A stretch of DNA of 64,000 nt, taken from NCBI GenBank assembly GCA_964016885.1, contig OZ024741.1:271374001-271438000 (forward strand). Direction: 5' to 3'. The DNA comes from Eledone cirrhosa (Eukaryota). Position numbers and translations under genes: made by a program. The first letter of the stretch is position 1. Each line of letters opens with the position of its first letter. This document shows, piece by piece, positions 27,578 to 44,492 of this stretch. The notes beneath the pieces were generated by a model, which saw only the letters and a list, made by a program, of their open reading frames with translations, searched no databases and was not told the origin of the DNA.

Positions 27578-28450
27578 ATAATTGTTTCTATATCTGGCAC
27601 AACGTCAGCAATTTGAAGGGAAGGTGTGGCAGTTGATTAAATCCACCCCAGTACGTTACTGGTATTTGATTTTATCAAGCCCCTCTCCTGTGAGGATGAA
27701 AAGCGAAGTTAATCTCGGAGGATTTGAACTCAAATAATAATAATAGTAATAATAATAATAATTGTTTCTACTTTTGGCACAAGGCCAGCAATTACCCCAG
27801 TGCATTACTGGTACTTTATTTTATCAACCCCGTAAGAATGAAAGTTTACCTAGGCGGGATTTGACCTCAGACCGGAAAGAGGCGTAACTCTATGCTGCAA
27901 AGCATGGTGTCCGACCCTTTACCGATACTGCCAAGATTTCTGATTTAGGCCCAAGGCCAACAATTTTGGGGGGAGGGAGACGTGGATTAAATCGATCCCA
28001 GATGAAAGGCAAAGCTAACTTCGGTGGGATTTGAACTCAGAACTGAAAGAGCCGTAACTCTATGCCTTAAAGCATATTGTCCGACGCTCTACCGATTACT
28101 CTCAATCAACCATTAACAATAATAATAATGGCTTCTGATTTAGGCACAAAGCCAACAATTGAAGGAAAAAGGAAAGTCGATTAAATCGACCCCAGTTAGT
28201 TACTGGTACTTTATTTTATCAAAACCCGGAAGGATGTAAATAAAGCTAACCCCGGCGAGATTTGAACACATGCATCCATAATAATTGTTTCTACTATTGG
28301 CACAAGGCCAGCAATTATCCCAGTACGTTACTGGTACTTTATTTTATCGACCCCGTAAGGATGAAAGGCAAAGTTAACCTCGGCGGGATTTGAACTCAGA
28401 CCGTAAAGGGACGTAACTATGTGTCAAAGCATGGCCTCCGATGCTTCCAG
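27577..28450 (-). mobile_element. Cluster of about five tRNA-derived SINE copies or fragments
   Basis: Repeated ataattgtttctac..ggcacaaggccagcaatt..tactggtactttattttatcgac..aggatgaaaggcaaag..gggatttgaactc. Confidence 0.75.
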
Positions 28451-28664
28451 AACAATCTTGAACATTTAGTATTATATAATCTCTCTCTTCCATATACAGG
28501 AGACCCAAAGGTCACATTGCCATTTGAAGTGTATTTAGTGTTTATAATACATATACTATTTATAATACAATACCTACACTCTACTTTCCCAAGTGTCGAG
28601 TACTTAACTAAACATCGTCTTACTAGTCTAAACTGGTAACTCCTAATGTATATCTCTCTCTCCC

Positions 28665-28743
<79 letters not shown>

Positions 28744-28887
28744 GGTGATTTTAGGCATAATCTTTGTGTGTTGGTATCTTAACGATAGTTATAGCTCTGA
28801 TTTATCTGAATTATTGAGCCCTCTGCCACTCATTTCGGATTTGTTTATCGTAAATTCGTGAGCTGATTTTCCGATACTCGATTATTC

Positions 28888-28930
<43 letters not shown>

Positions 28931-29058
28931 CGTACATATATATGTATATATATATATATATACATACGTACATACATATATATATATATATGCACACCGA
29001 GATTGCATTCGTTAGCTTGGCTGCAACCAGAGCTTCGATGATGCTGTACTAAATTTTG

Positions 29059-29102
<44 letters not shown>

Positions 29103-29267
29103 TATGTATATAAGTAAATGGAGAATGTGATATCAATTTAACATATTTTTTCATTACACGTACTTCACTCGTGATTCAGGTCAAAATCTTAATACATCCA
29201 TCCATCCATCCATCCATCCATACATACATACATACATACATACATACATACATACATACATACATAC

Positions 29268-30289
29268 ATGGTGGCTGCCAACTCGTTTTCGAGTACGGCC
29301 ACTACTTTATATCCATGTAGGAGAAACCCTACCGATGCGCTGAACGAGTGTGACTTTTTAGTCCAGCGAGCGACTTGAAAACTCTGGTACAAACACTACA
29401 CTTGTGACAATTATTGACACATAGTGCTGGGCCCATGGTACCATGTGACGACAAGTGCAGAGAGATCTCCAGATACAAAGCAATGCCTGTGCCGTGAAGC
29501 TTTTATAGTGAGCAAAGGCACTGCACAAAGCCAGTCCCACTCTCTTAACCAAGATGATATTTACCAAAAAGAAGAACATGTCAACATCATTGGATACCAT
29601 CAGGGTTGCAGGTGTTATATCAGAGTTTTCCTTCTCCTAGAATTATGCCTTGACAAAGGCTAAGGGGTCATCTCTCCCGGTGATTTTGGATGGCCATTGA
29701 CTCTTAAGAGCTCCTTTGCCCTTTGACAGGTTTTGTTTTTAGTCCTGCAGGATGTCCAAAGTCACCCTCCTCACCAAGAAACCTTGGTGGGGTTGCCAGT
29801 TTAGTCGCCAACGACCCGACCATGAGACAGGTTGTACTGGGATACATGTTACTAGTAGCACCAACTGGTGACCTGACATACATACATACATACATACATA
29901 CATACATACATACATACATACATAGGAAATTACAAGTACAATTCATTAATGGAACAGTAAAAATATGTAAAACATTCCAAAAATGTTGCATCTAATAACT
30001 GCATATACACATGTACGGATACAAAGCGTATACACATGCACACATACAACTCAAAACACACATCCACACATACAATGACATCCATACCTACACATGCATA
30101 CATGCAGACATGTATACATATCTACCGAGTTGATGTTGGGTAAATTCCAATGTGAAAGTCTTGTATCTATGTTAGAAACCGGCTCTCTCTCTATTGGCAA
30201 AAATTTGTGAAATTATAAAACCAGAAGAACATATACATGCATACATACATACATACATACATACATACATACATACATACATACATACA

Positions 30290-30322
<33 letters not shown>

Positions 30323-30950
30323 GGTGGCTGCCAATTCGTTTTCGAGTACGGCCACTACATTATATCCATGTAGCAGAACCCTTACCGATGCGCTGAACAA
30401 GCGTGACTTTTTAGTCCAGCCAGCGACTTGAAAACTCTGGTACAAACACTACACTTGTGACAATTATTGACACATAGTGCTGGGCCCATGGTACCATGTG
30501 ACATACATACATACATACATACATACATACATACATACATACATACATACATACATACATACATACATACATACATACATACATGCTAGTAACTGCCTCA
30601 ATACAAATCTGGAGAATCTGGGCTTCACAGAAACAGTAAGAACACGACTAGTTAGGAAATTACAAGTACATTCCATTAATGGAACAGTAAAAAATATGTA
30701 AAACATTCCAAACATTCTGTATCTAATAACTGCATATACACATGTACAGATACAAAGCGTATGCACATGCAGACATACAACTCAAGACAAACACATCCAT
30801 ACATACAATAACATCCATACTTGCACACACATGCAGACATATCTACCTAGTTGATGTTGTGTAAATTCCAATGAGAGAGTCTTGTGTCTATGTTAGAAAC
30901 TGACTCTCTGTCTCTATCGGTAAAAATTTGTGAAATTATAAAACCAGAAC
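29268..30950. mobile_element. Nested cluster: RTE-derived retroposon (-) and RLE LINE 3' ends (+) alternating in (CATA)n
   Basis: 29268-29877(-), 29923-30230(+), 30320-30501(-), 30585-30950(+), each separated by (CATA)n. Confidence 0.75.
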
Positions 30951-31160
30951 ATACATATATACATACATATATACATACACACGCATACATATATATATAT
31001 AGAGAGAGAGGGGGGCGAGTGAGAGGGGAAGGGGGTTCTGTTGTGTTGAGACCACAAATCATGGGAGTACTCAATGCATGGGGAGATGCAGAGTTGTTGG
31101 TATAGAGATTGGTATAATCCCGTCCGCTTGGCACCGCGGTCGGGATTATACCTCTCTCTC

Positions 31161-31216
<56 letters not shown>

Positions 31217-31252
31217 CCTCTCTCTTCTGTCTCCCTTTCTCTCTCTCTCTCT

Positions 31253-31335
<83 letters not shown>

Positions 31336-31364
31336 TATGTATATATACACATATATATATATAT

Positions 31365-31842
31365 ATTGTTATGTTTGGGGAGGATCATATTGTTATATTG
31401 CCAGAAATAATAAGACGCAGTCACTGTTTGGTTTGGATTGGTTTTTGCTTCTGTATATTTCATATCCCTATAGCTGGCAATCAATGTTTATTATTGATTG
31501 ACCAACAGTTAAAAATATAGATATAAATATAGATATATTGTCTATCAAAGTTCTTTCTCGTTGTATACAACGCGAGGAAACAATAGTGCCACTGATGATG
31601 TCACAGATGTGTGATGAAAGAACTTTGATAGACTATATATATATTTATCTATATTTTTAACTGTCGATTGCCAGCTAAATTAAACATATGGATATAAAAT
31701 ATACAGAAGCTAAAAGCAATCCAAACCAAACATATTATTTCAGGCAATATTATAACAATATGACCCTCCCCAAATATAACAATATTTGTTTCAACACACG
31801 ATTCTATATCAAAAACCTTGCAAAACAAATTCATCGTCGTAT
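31365..31842. mobile_element. Fold-back PLE-derived element with hammerhead core
   Basis: Inverted arms 31365-31558 / ~31616-31784 plus tail. CTGATGA(31592)-tgtcaca-gatg-tgtgat-GAAA-gaactt-tgat. Confidence 0.7.
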
Positions 31843-33052
31843 ATGAAAGCAGGGACTAGAAAGAAGGAGTCTCAAAGTCAACCTGACAAAGACTATGGTC
31901 CACGTAAATAGACGAGAAAACAGAACCCAGATCCCCTCAGGGAAATGGCCTTTCTTAGTATCAAGGAAAGGTGTGGTAGAAATTCCATCCTCTGCCCCAA
32001 ATACAAACTATGGGTACACAAGAGATGTAGTGGGATCTCAGAAAGTTTAGTTAAGAATGTAGGCTTTACATGTAGCAGCTGCACCGGGACAATAAGCAGC
32101 AAACGGCCACAGGAAACAAGTGCTAGCAAACTCTGTGGGGGCTCTGTAGAAACAGTAGACAGCTTCTGCTACCTAGGTTACTGAGCAGCGGAGGTGCGTA
32201 TTCTGAAAGTACAGTAGCCAGGGTAAGAACGGGATGGAAGAAGTTCAGGGAACTACAACCACTGCCAGCTGCAAAAGGATTTTCCCTCAAAATGAAAGGC
32301 AGACTGTATGGTGCATGCGAACAGCAATGTTACATGATAGTGAGACCTGGGCACTGTGTGTACAAGACTTGCGTAGATTAGAAAGAAACGAAGCCTACAT
32401 GCTCCGGTGGATGTGTAATAGTAATATACGCGAACGGCAAATCATAAACGAATTGAGAGAGAGGCTAAGCATAAGAAGAATCAAACGCTGTGTGCAGGAG
32501 AGGAGGTTGCGTTGGTATCGACATGTGATGCGTATGAAAGATGACAGCTGCATAAAAAGGTGCAGAGCACTAAAAGTCGATGGAAGCCTTGGAGTGGGGA
32601 GACCCAAGAAGACCTGGAATGAGGTGATAAAAGCTGACCTTGCCCAATTGCACCTCTCAAAGGCGATGACACAGGACTGAGAGCTCTGGCTTTACGCAGT
32701 AAACAGAAGACCCGATTTCCCACGGGTACAAGCCGAAGCTGAAGCAAATACACAATATGCCCCCATCCCCTCCCACTGCAAAGTGGTCGTGGAGGTGCCA
32801 CGGCAAAATGTGCCCAGCCCACACTGTAAAGTGGTTGTGTAGGTGCCACGGCAAAAAAGCACCCACCACTCACTGTAAATGAGGTTGGTGTTAGTGAGGG
32901 CATCCATCTGTAGAAATCAAGCCAAAATCAGTTCCATATGAGCAAGGCATGTACCCTGACCTGGCATTGCCCACAACAGGACAACCCATCTAACCCATGC
33001 TAGCGTGGAAGAATGGACGTAAAACGGCGATGATGATGATGATGATGATGAT
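31843..33052 (+). mobile_element. RTE-clade LINE 3' portion, decayed
   Basis: LKVNLTKT, WVHKRCSGI, VDSFCYLG, GWKKFREL, SETWAL..RLERNE..MLRWMC, RLRWY.HV.RM, GRPKKTW; multiple frameshifts; (GAT)n tail. Confidence 0.85.
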
Positions 33053-33062
33053 GATATATATA

Positions 33063-33252
33063 TAACGAAAGAAGTGTGGTAAGGAACCAGATGGACCATA
33101 ATGCACCAGAGTACTCAATACTTAGAGTAGTAGAGTGGGTAATAGGAAAATGTTTGACCCCGACGGCAGAGCTCAAGCCGTTTCGACGGCTATTTCTGTC
33201 CAAAAATAGCCGTCGAAACGGCTTGAGCTCTGCCGTCGGGGTCAAACATTTT

Positions 33253-33256
<4 letters not shown>
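33063..33256. mobile_element. Short palindromic element containing a hammerhead 3' half (family of 6 copies)
   Basis: Near-perfect inverted repeat 33140-33256 plus a ~77 bp unique tail. Relatives at ~37629-37828, 44192-44357, 49146-49342, 49976-50172, 62403-62580. Confidence 0.75.
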
Positions 33257-33325
<69 letters not shown>

Positions 33326-33573
33326 GTATAGCTGCCCATACAACATGTTTCAGTGATCGATCGATGACGCACATAGATCACCCACATAGCCAAGATTAGT
33401 CATATGTCAGGTGTGGCTTAACATATGCTACCGACCAATATATTTATCCATATGTGTGTGTTATGTAAGTAAACCATTTTGAGAATCCATTAACGAAAGG
33501 AAGGTGATAATATTGATCGGCACAACAGGAGCAGTGCCGCGGTGGAGCTGTGCCATGGGACCATGCTAGTCTA

Positions 33574-33614
<41 letters not shown>

Positions 33615-33668
33615 ATGTATACATATATATACCTACATGCTTATATAATATACTTATAAGTTCGTATG

Positions 33669-33734
<66 letters not shown>

Positions 33735-33780
33735 TATATATTTATATATACATATGTATACATATATATTTATACATATG

Positions 33781-33874
<94 letters not shown>

Positions 33875-34279
33875 GTTAAATAAAAGTCAAATGTTTAAAA
33901 TTTAGCTTCGTTTATTACTGCTATATATATTTAGTGACAGCCATCTTTGGCTGTGACCTCTTCAGGCAGTTTGAATTAGTATGGTATAGACAAGTACATA
34001 TGTTGTTTAGGTGTATAATATTGTCAATACTCTGATATGCCCAGTTCCTTGTTGGGTTGTTAATTCACTGAGGAACTGGAGTCATATGAATTCAAACAAA
34101 CGAATTTCAGTGTCAAAGGTCCCCTTCTCCTCTCATTGGTCAGTTATTAGAACATTCCTCATTCCTCATTACACTACTCCGGAGTAACCAAACCAACCTG
34201 CGCACTTCGTCGAGTGCTCCAGCCTGCATACTGAGGTGTTGGTATACAACCAACATAAACTCAAAATCTATATGTATAT

Positions 34280-34979
<700 letters not shown>

Positions 34980-35010
34980 CGAGCGGGAGAGAGAGATTTA
35001 TGTATATGTA

Positions 35011-35050
<40 letters not shown>

Positions 35051-35308
35051 CACGCACGCACATACATACATGGATACTAATGATATATTCTACGTATGTG
35101 TGTGTGTGAAAGTATTCGATAATTAAGCTTTTATTGAATTTATGTGGCCATTCTATCAGAACATTAGCCCTGGCTTTCAGATCGATATATTTATATATTG
35201 TTAGTGTATTACAACAATGTCAACAACAACAATAACAACACCAATCCTACAGTAGCTATTTTAAGTGCATGTCAATGTGGTGTAATATCACCCACTCCAC
35301 CCACATAG

Positions 35309-35354
<46 letters not shown>

Positions 35355-35459
35355 TTTATATAGTAAGGTGCATTATTGGTTGTGTAAAATGGTCCAATAA
35401 CTTTATGTTACCAATATTAAGTTCTCCACGCTTTTGTATATCTCCAATTCCATTCAAGG

Positions 35460-35845
35460 GAACAGCTAGATGATGTAAAACGGAGTATAAGTATCAAAAT
35501 GAAAATCCGAAGGCAAGGTAAAATTCCAATCATTTAATCACGACACATGTTTCAATAAGAGATAGATCGATTGTGAAGCCATGATCGATTATCACTGATC
35601 TCATCAGGGGAAAATGAATTGTCTTCAAATTCTTGACATGAGGGAGATAAAATAACGATGAGGGAATGAATTCTGTGAGAGAACATCGTTATTTTTTCTC
35701 CCTCATATCAAGAATTTGAAGACAATTCATTTTCACCTGATGAGATCAGTGATAATCGATCATGGCTTCACAATCGATATATCTCTTATTTAAACATGTT
35801 TCGTGATTAAATGATTGGAATTTTACCTTGCCTTCGTATTTTCAT

Positions 35846-35848
<3 letters not shown>
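35460..35848. mobile_element. Fold-back element with long-stem-II hammerhead in each arm (each partly mutated)
   Basis: Arms ~35498-35665 / 35683-35848; combined-arm consensus tcac-CTGATGA-...-GAAA-catgt-GTC-gtga. Confidence 0.7.
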
Positions 35849-35919
<71 letters not shown>

Positions 35920-36119
35920 AGGGCGGCCGATCGAACTAGAAACTGCTAAATGGGTGGCCCCCTTCTTGTCACTCTGTTTTTCCGCTCCATGGATTATATT
36001 CCTTTGTTACATTTCGAATACCTGATGATGTCACCGGATTCATACTGAAGCCGGTCATTGATATGTTCATAGTATAATAAACCTTTAAGGAATTACACCA
36101 GTCCAGCCTCCTGTTATAA

Positions 36120-36814
<695 letters not shown>

Positions 36815-36815
<1 letters not shown>

Positions 36816-37430
36816 AATTTTCCGAAAGTTAAAATTTGCAGCTCCCACCCCCTAATCATGATTCAATCAACAAAAATACGTGATGTGCAAAATTTCAGCT
36901 CAATTGGACAACTGTTAAGTGACCCTCAAACGCCTTGAAGTCGGAACATACTATATGCTACGATTAATTCTGTTCAAAGGCGGTATACTGTTCCTCATCT
37001 CGACCATTTTCTTCTTCTTAGAGAAATTGATGTGAACACATCCAGGCAACCCCAGCAAATGTTTAAAAACGTTCTGAATCAAATTTACCAATAGTTAAGT
37101 TGAAAAATTCCTGAAATAACATGAAAAACAAATTGTTTCTCAGTTTCATCTTTTGTGAGAATGTTATTGTAATCCTGAATGAGTTTGACACCTCTTTCTG
37201 CAACATCATTCACAACTGTCTTCTCAAGTTTTTCAAGTCCACTTTTGTAACCAGATTTGAAGGGTCTTTGTCGAGGAAATCGGTGCTGATGGAAAATCTT
37301 GTGAAGAAAGTGTTTTGTACCGGGAGTTACAAAAGACGAAAACTCGATGTTTGTAAAGGAAGTAAAGTCATTTTGGTGCAGAATGTACCTCTTCAGTTGA
37401 TTCTTTAACCTTTGTCTGCTTCCAGCATAA
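36815..37430 (-). mobile_element. hATm-like transposase C-terminal remnant
   Basis: Minus strand ~37228-37121 reads LEKTVVNDVAERGVKLIQDYNNILTKDETEKQFVFH. The subterminal aattttccgaaagttaaaattt is shared with the element at 37903. Confidence 0.6.
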
Positions 37431-37589
37431 CTTGAGCAATATTTGCCTTAACCTCTCTTTGCTTTCCTTTTCTCATTCCTCTCCTTGCTTTCCTTTTATC
37501 CTTGCTCCCCCTTTCTTCTTATATCTATGTACTTGTTTATATAAACATACTATGAGAAAAGGGGAAAAATATGAAAGCAAGGATATGTA

Positions 37590-37633
<44 letters not shown>

Positions 37634-37902
37634 GAAGGAAGTGTGGTAAGGAACCAGATGGACCATAACGCACCAGAGTACTCAATACTTAGGGTAGTAG
37701 AGTGGGTAATAGGAAAATGTTTAACCCCGACAGCAGAGCTCAAGCCGTTTCGACGGCTATTTCTGGTCCAGAAATAGCTGTCGAAACGGCTTGAGGTCTG
37801 CCGTCGGGGTTCTGACTCTTTTCCCATATATATATATATATATTACTCAATACCGAGTACTCATTTCTCTCAGCTGTCAACCATATACGGATATATGTAT
37901 AT

Positions 37903-38227
37903 TAGGGTGGCCCTTGGCAATAGCTAATTTTCCGAAAGTTAAAATTTTGCTGCTCTCTCGGCGGAAAATAGGTGTTTGCCCTATACCTGCTCTCTGTCCC
38001 CCAGCTTTGCAAGTTTCCTTCCCCATTATATTTATTGCCACTTATCCTTCTAATACCAAGAATAAGTCTGAACAAGTTTCTAATTTAAGAGAAAATGATA
38101 TAAGAGATAAAAAAAGTGTTATCTGAAAAAATGACTTTCCGGGCGAAAACTTCAAACATTCACGATCGATGAGGCTCGCTTTGCAGTTGTTCGCTTTTAG
38201 AAAGTTGAAAAATAAGGGCCACCATTA
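37903..38227. mobile_element. Small non-autonomous hATm-like element (MITE)
   Basis: Termini tagggtggccctt ... aagggccaccatta (imperfect TIR). Confidence 0.5.
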
Positions 38228-38313
<86 letters not shown>

Positions 38314-39512
38314 TTAGCGAGAATCGCATTTCGGCGGGTAGAAATTAGCGAAACGCAACTTCCGTATTGTGCAGACAAGCGCTCAATGGATATGAAGATA
38401 TCAGAGCTATAAACATAAGTTTAAAAGGTCATACAAAACTGAGACGATGGTTAAGAAGCCATTAACCACCTAAGCCAAAAAACCGAGCAAGCTAAGCGGG
38501 TCAAACAAAATAAGATATGATTGAAATATTTACCCGGACCCCTTCGGGAATGATGGTAAAATCCGATATAGGGTTTCTGCGACACCTAAATCAATAATAC
38601 TGTCTGCTTATAAAAAATAATAAGCTTTTGGTATAATGATCGAACAAGGATATCACTTTCTCAACAGGCATTTTGTTCCGCGTGCGCCAGTATCTCACAG
38701 TGTTCGAAAGCACATGTGAACTCCAAAGGGGAAAAAAACCCTAGTTTTGGCCAGTGAATTCAGTATGTGTCGTCATTGCAAAAATTTGCAAAAATAGCAC
38801 AAAACGAATTAAGCTCTCGACCGAGTAGTTTTTGAAATAAACTTAAGCGATTAATCAGTCAATAGAATTAACTAAATAAATCAAAAGAATTAACTGGTTA
38901 ATTGCTAGACTTGGGAGATTAATACAAATATAAATTTAGCGAGAATCGTATTTCGGCGGGTATATATATATATATATATATATATGAAAAAAAGGAAAAG
39001 AATGGCTTCATTTGTAGTGTTAAAAAATGTTTGATTTAATTTTATATAAGTTGGTAGATCCAGATCTCTCTCTCTCAATATATATATATATAGAGAGAGA
39101 GGGGGGGGGGGTAGAGAAAGGGGGAGAGAGAAAGAGAGAGAGGGGGCGAGAGAGAGAGAGGAAAATAAAAGAGAAGCAACACTAAATATAGACTTGGAGG
39201 TGGTGATGGCGAGAGATGAGAGGCTCGGCTTCATTAATAACCCTTATCTATGTTCATATGTTCATATGTTGTTTGCTTGGGTAAGATACATCCCGATAAA
39301 ATTAGGACCTGGTCATTATTAAACATGAACTTATCTACTAAATGTTATATCCTGATAAATGATATTTATGTGTATGTATGTCTGACTGTCTGTGAGCTTG
39401 GATGGTTCTATGTGTTTATACATACACACACACACACACACACACATATACATATATATATATGTATCTATGTGTGTATATATATATATGTATATAAATA
39501 TATATATATGTT

Positions 39513-39563
<51 letters not shown>

Positions 39564-39746
39564 ATATAAATATATATATGTTTATATATATCTGTAAATA
39601 TATATATATATGTATATATGTTTATATATATATATATTTATATACATATAAAAATGCGGAAACTCCTCGTTAGAACAGCCGTTTAAACAGCCAAATGCTA
39701 CATACATACATACATACATACATACATACATACATACATACATACA

Positions 39747-39777
<31 letters not shown>

Positions 39778-40132
39778 GTGTATGTGTGTGTGTGTATAAG
39801 CGGTGTTTGAAGCATTGTATAAAGTGTAGTGTTTTGTTTGAAAGCTGCCAAAATGTGAATTAGATGGTAAAAGATAAAAATATGATAACGATGAGTCTGT
39901 GATTTTACATTGCAGTTTTTTATAAATCCTTATATTTCGGGATAAAATCCCCTCATCAAAAGATTGATAGACGAAACTAATTAAGCACGACAAAAATATA
40001 CAGCTCGGTACTAGGTTCAACAATTAATCTTTTGATATAAGGACCTATAAAGAACTGCACCTTTGTTGTATTTTAAATATTTTCCGTCCAATCCCCCCCC
40101 ACACACATACATACATACACACACACACACAT

Positions 40133-41132
<1,000 letters not shown>

Positions 41133-41146
41133 TTTCATCCCTTTTT

Positions 41147-41209
<63 letters not shown>

Positions 41210-41231
41210 AATATATATATATATATATATA

Positions 41232-41263
<32 letters not shown>

Positions 41264-41787
41264 CTGATTCTCCTTGAGTCACCCCCTACATTGAAGGTGA
41301 CGCATTCATTTTGCCTTTTCTAATGGCTAGTATGTATGCGGCTCACCACACAAATTTCTCATAGATTTCTCATAGATGTCTCCGTTAACTGGAGCAGTTG
41401 TGCCAACCCATTGTCGAATTAATAGTCAATCATCTGCAAAGCCCCTGGTATTTATGACACCAAGATAATCTAATTAAACGGATGATTGTCGCTACTGCTT
41501 ACTCTGAGATAAGCAAGATTTTTATCGTGGCTTACTCCTTTAGATCCGACCTGTTCTGCTAGACTATACTATGATGGTTATATTAGGTGCACCTCGTGTA
41601 GGATATGGCTGTTCACCAGACAAGTCAGCCATCGAAATGGGAGAGGTTAGGAGCTCAGTTTGAATGAGCATATATAGCACGTCATTAGTTCACTGACTGC
41701 CATGTTGATCAGACACTGGGACACAAGGGGCCACCACAAAATTCCATCCAGTGCCAACCAGTGAAATCTACTACCGCTCTGCACACT

Positions 41788-41859
<72 letters not shown>

Positions 41860-41871
<12 letters not shown>

Positions 41872-42438
41872 AAGGGAGGAGTGCGGGACAGCGTCCGTTT
41901 TATATTTTTTTTATCCCATTAGTAAAATAAGTTGGTTTACTTTGAATAAATAATGAATGAATATTATGTAATTTATCTACTAAATTTCGTAGTTCTTGAT
42001 TAAACATAATATTCTTATATATAAAGTATTGCTTATTTTAAGATTCACTTCTTTAAAATTTTCAAATGTCAACAAATCCGGTTAGCGTCCGTTATATTAT
42101 AACACTTATCACATCTCTTGTATAAGCGTTCATATATTTGCATCGTTATATAAGGTTTATATTTCCGGTACTAATTTTCTCCTTTTTCGTTTTCATAACA
42201 TTTTAGTTTATTATATAGGCAGTTTATATATATTATCGTCTTTTTTTAATGTATCATGGATTATTTTACTGATTGCAGAAGAGAGTGTAACACAGACTTC
42301 GTTCAATTTCTGTGTATATTGTCAATTACGATTTTATTTGACGTATCATATCTACATGCATATATATTTGCTTATAATATCAATATGCACACTACACATG
42401 CTAGCAGAAAACCACCCAAAGGGTAGTTTTTCTGCTAG
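41860..42438 (+). mobile_element. Non-autonomous Helitron-like element
   Basis: Starts (t)atatataatataaaggg; ends in hairpin ctagcagaaaaccaccc-aaa-gggtagtttttctg-CTAG|t. Internal part recurs inverted at ~22141-22282. Confidence 0.55.
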
Positions 42439-42439
42439 T

Positions 42440-42790
42440 ATATAATAAATAAGAGAGATGGTTTTATTCGTACATCTTCATTTTATTGTCTAATTCAATA
42501 TACATATTTCAAAGATGCAAAGATAGTTATATAATAACCACTTTGCACGTTTACTTCAGATGATTCGAGATGTGTTTTCATATCCATTGATATACTACGG
42601 GACAGCGAGGTTAACAACACATTAAACCAGTAGTATATCATTGAATAGAAAAACATATCTTGACTCATCTTAAGTAAACGTGTAAAGTGGTTATTATATA
42701 ACTACCTTTGTATCTTTGAAATACGTATAATGAATTAAACAATAGAATGAATATGTACGAATAAAACCGTCTCTCTTATTTATTATACTA
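42440..42790. mobile_element. Fold-back element with degenerate hammerhead arms
   Basis: Arms 42440-42580 / 42648-42788; tcat-CTGAAGT..long stem II..GAAA-tacgta-TA-atga. Confidence 0.65.
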
Positions 42791-42905
42791 AAACTCCGCG
42801 TGGTACCTTACAGAGAATATCCTAGGGAATACAAACCGTAGAGTGATACACGTCCGTTTACGAAAAGGTCGGCAGATTTTTGATCAACCAACTTTCATCA
42901 ACTGA

Positions 42906-42955
<50 letters not shown>

Positions 42956-43180
42956 GAATATACAAGAGAGATAAACACAAATATAAACATACATGTGTTC
43001 GAATTGTAAAGGACCAAGTTCACTAGCGTGAAAAAAATACTAACTATAACAATTCGAACACATGTATGTTTATATTTGTGTTTATCTCTCTTGTATATTC
43101 AATTATATTACACGGCTCAGAAAAACTTCTTTCTTGGAGCTATTTAATTGTAAGATACTATTTTTTGAGTTTCTAACTCA

Positions 43181-43212
<32 letters not shown>

Positions 43213-44127
43213 CGAGGTGTGTCAGAAAAGTTCTAGGACTGATGTCACAAAACATTTATTTCAAACCCAAACTTCACACTAAGAGTTTTCTCCTTCAAAG
43301 TAATTCTCCTGGAGTATGTAACTTTAATCTTAGCTCTCTGCAGCGATCAAACTTTTTTCTTCATAATTTTATATACATGTCCTCTGTTTCAGGTCGTCAA
43401 GCAATGAGCACAGAGCAACGAACAAACTTGAAGTTTCTGGTACCGTTGGGGAAAACTCCGTCAGAAGTACTGGGATTGCTGCAGCAAGTGTATGGAGATG
43501 AGACGATGTCACGCTCACGTGTTTTTGAGAGGGGCAAGAGGTTTAAAGAAGGACGCGAGGACGTGGAAGGTGACCCCAGGAGCGGAAGGCCCTCAACAAC
43601 CAGGACTGAGGTCAACGTTGAGCGCGTCAGGCAGATGGTGCGTAGCAATCGTCGGCTGACTGTTCGACTGATGGCAAATGAGCTGGGCATGAATCGGGAC
43701 AGCGTCTGGAAGATTCACACTGAAGATTTGACATGCGGAAAGTCTGCGCGAAGATGGTGCCAAAACTGCTGAACGATGACCAGAAGGGTCGACGCATGCA
43801 AGTGTGCCAGGACATCCTCGAGCGTTTTGAATCCGAACCAGACTTGCTAGGGACAGTCATCACCGGTGATGAGTCATGGATCTTCGAGTACGACCCGGAG
43901 GGGACCCGTTTTGAAGACGTGGACGACATCAAAAAGGCCGTGATGATGGAACTGCGGAGGATCCCGGAAGAATCCTTCCAGTAGTGCATGCAAGCGTGGC
44001 AGAAAAGGATGGAAAAGTGCATTAGACTCCAGGAGGATTACTTTGAGGGAGAAAACTCTTAGTGTGAAGTTTGGGTTTGAAATAAATGTTTTGTGACATC
44101 AGTCCTGGAACTTTTCTGACACACCTC

Positions 44128-44128
<1 letters not shown>
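43213..44128 (+). mobile_element. mariner-family transposon, internally deleted, with ~105 bp extended TIRs
   Basis: TA|CGAGGTGTGTCAGAAAAG...CTTTTCTGACACACCTCG|TA. HTH region (EQR..KF..LGKT..E..VYGD..SR..FKEGRE..RSGRP), KMVPKLL, TGDESWIFEYDPE fused directly to the C-terminal GTRFEDVDDIK..DYFEG. Frameshift near 43733. Confidence 0.92.
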
Positions 44129-44196
<68 letters not shown>

Positions 44197-44350
44197 AAAA
44201 GAGTCAGTACCCGACGGCTGAGCTCCGGCCGTTTCGACAGCTAGATACGGGGTCCTGACTCTTTTCCTATTACCCTCTACTACCCTAAGTATCGAGTACT
44301 CTGGTGCGTTATAGTCCACCTGGTTTCTTACCCCTTACCACGCTTTCTTA

Positions 44351-44423
<73 letters not shown>

Positions 44424-44492
44424 TATGAAGAGAGAAGAAACATTTAGATATAATTAGTAATAAAATGTATCATACCTAAACTGCTCCTAGAT

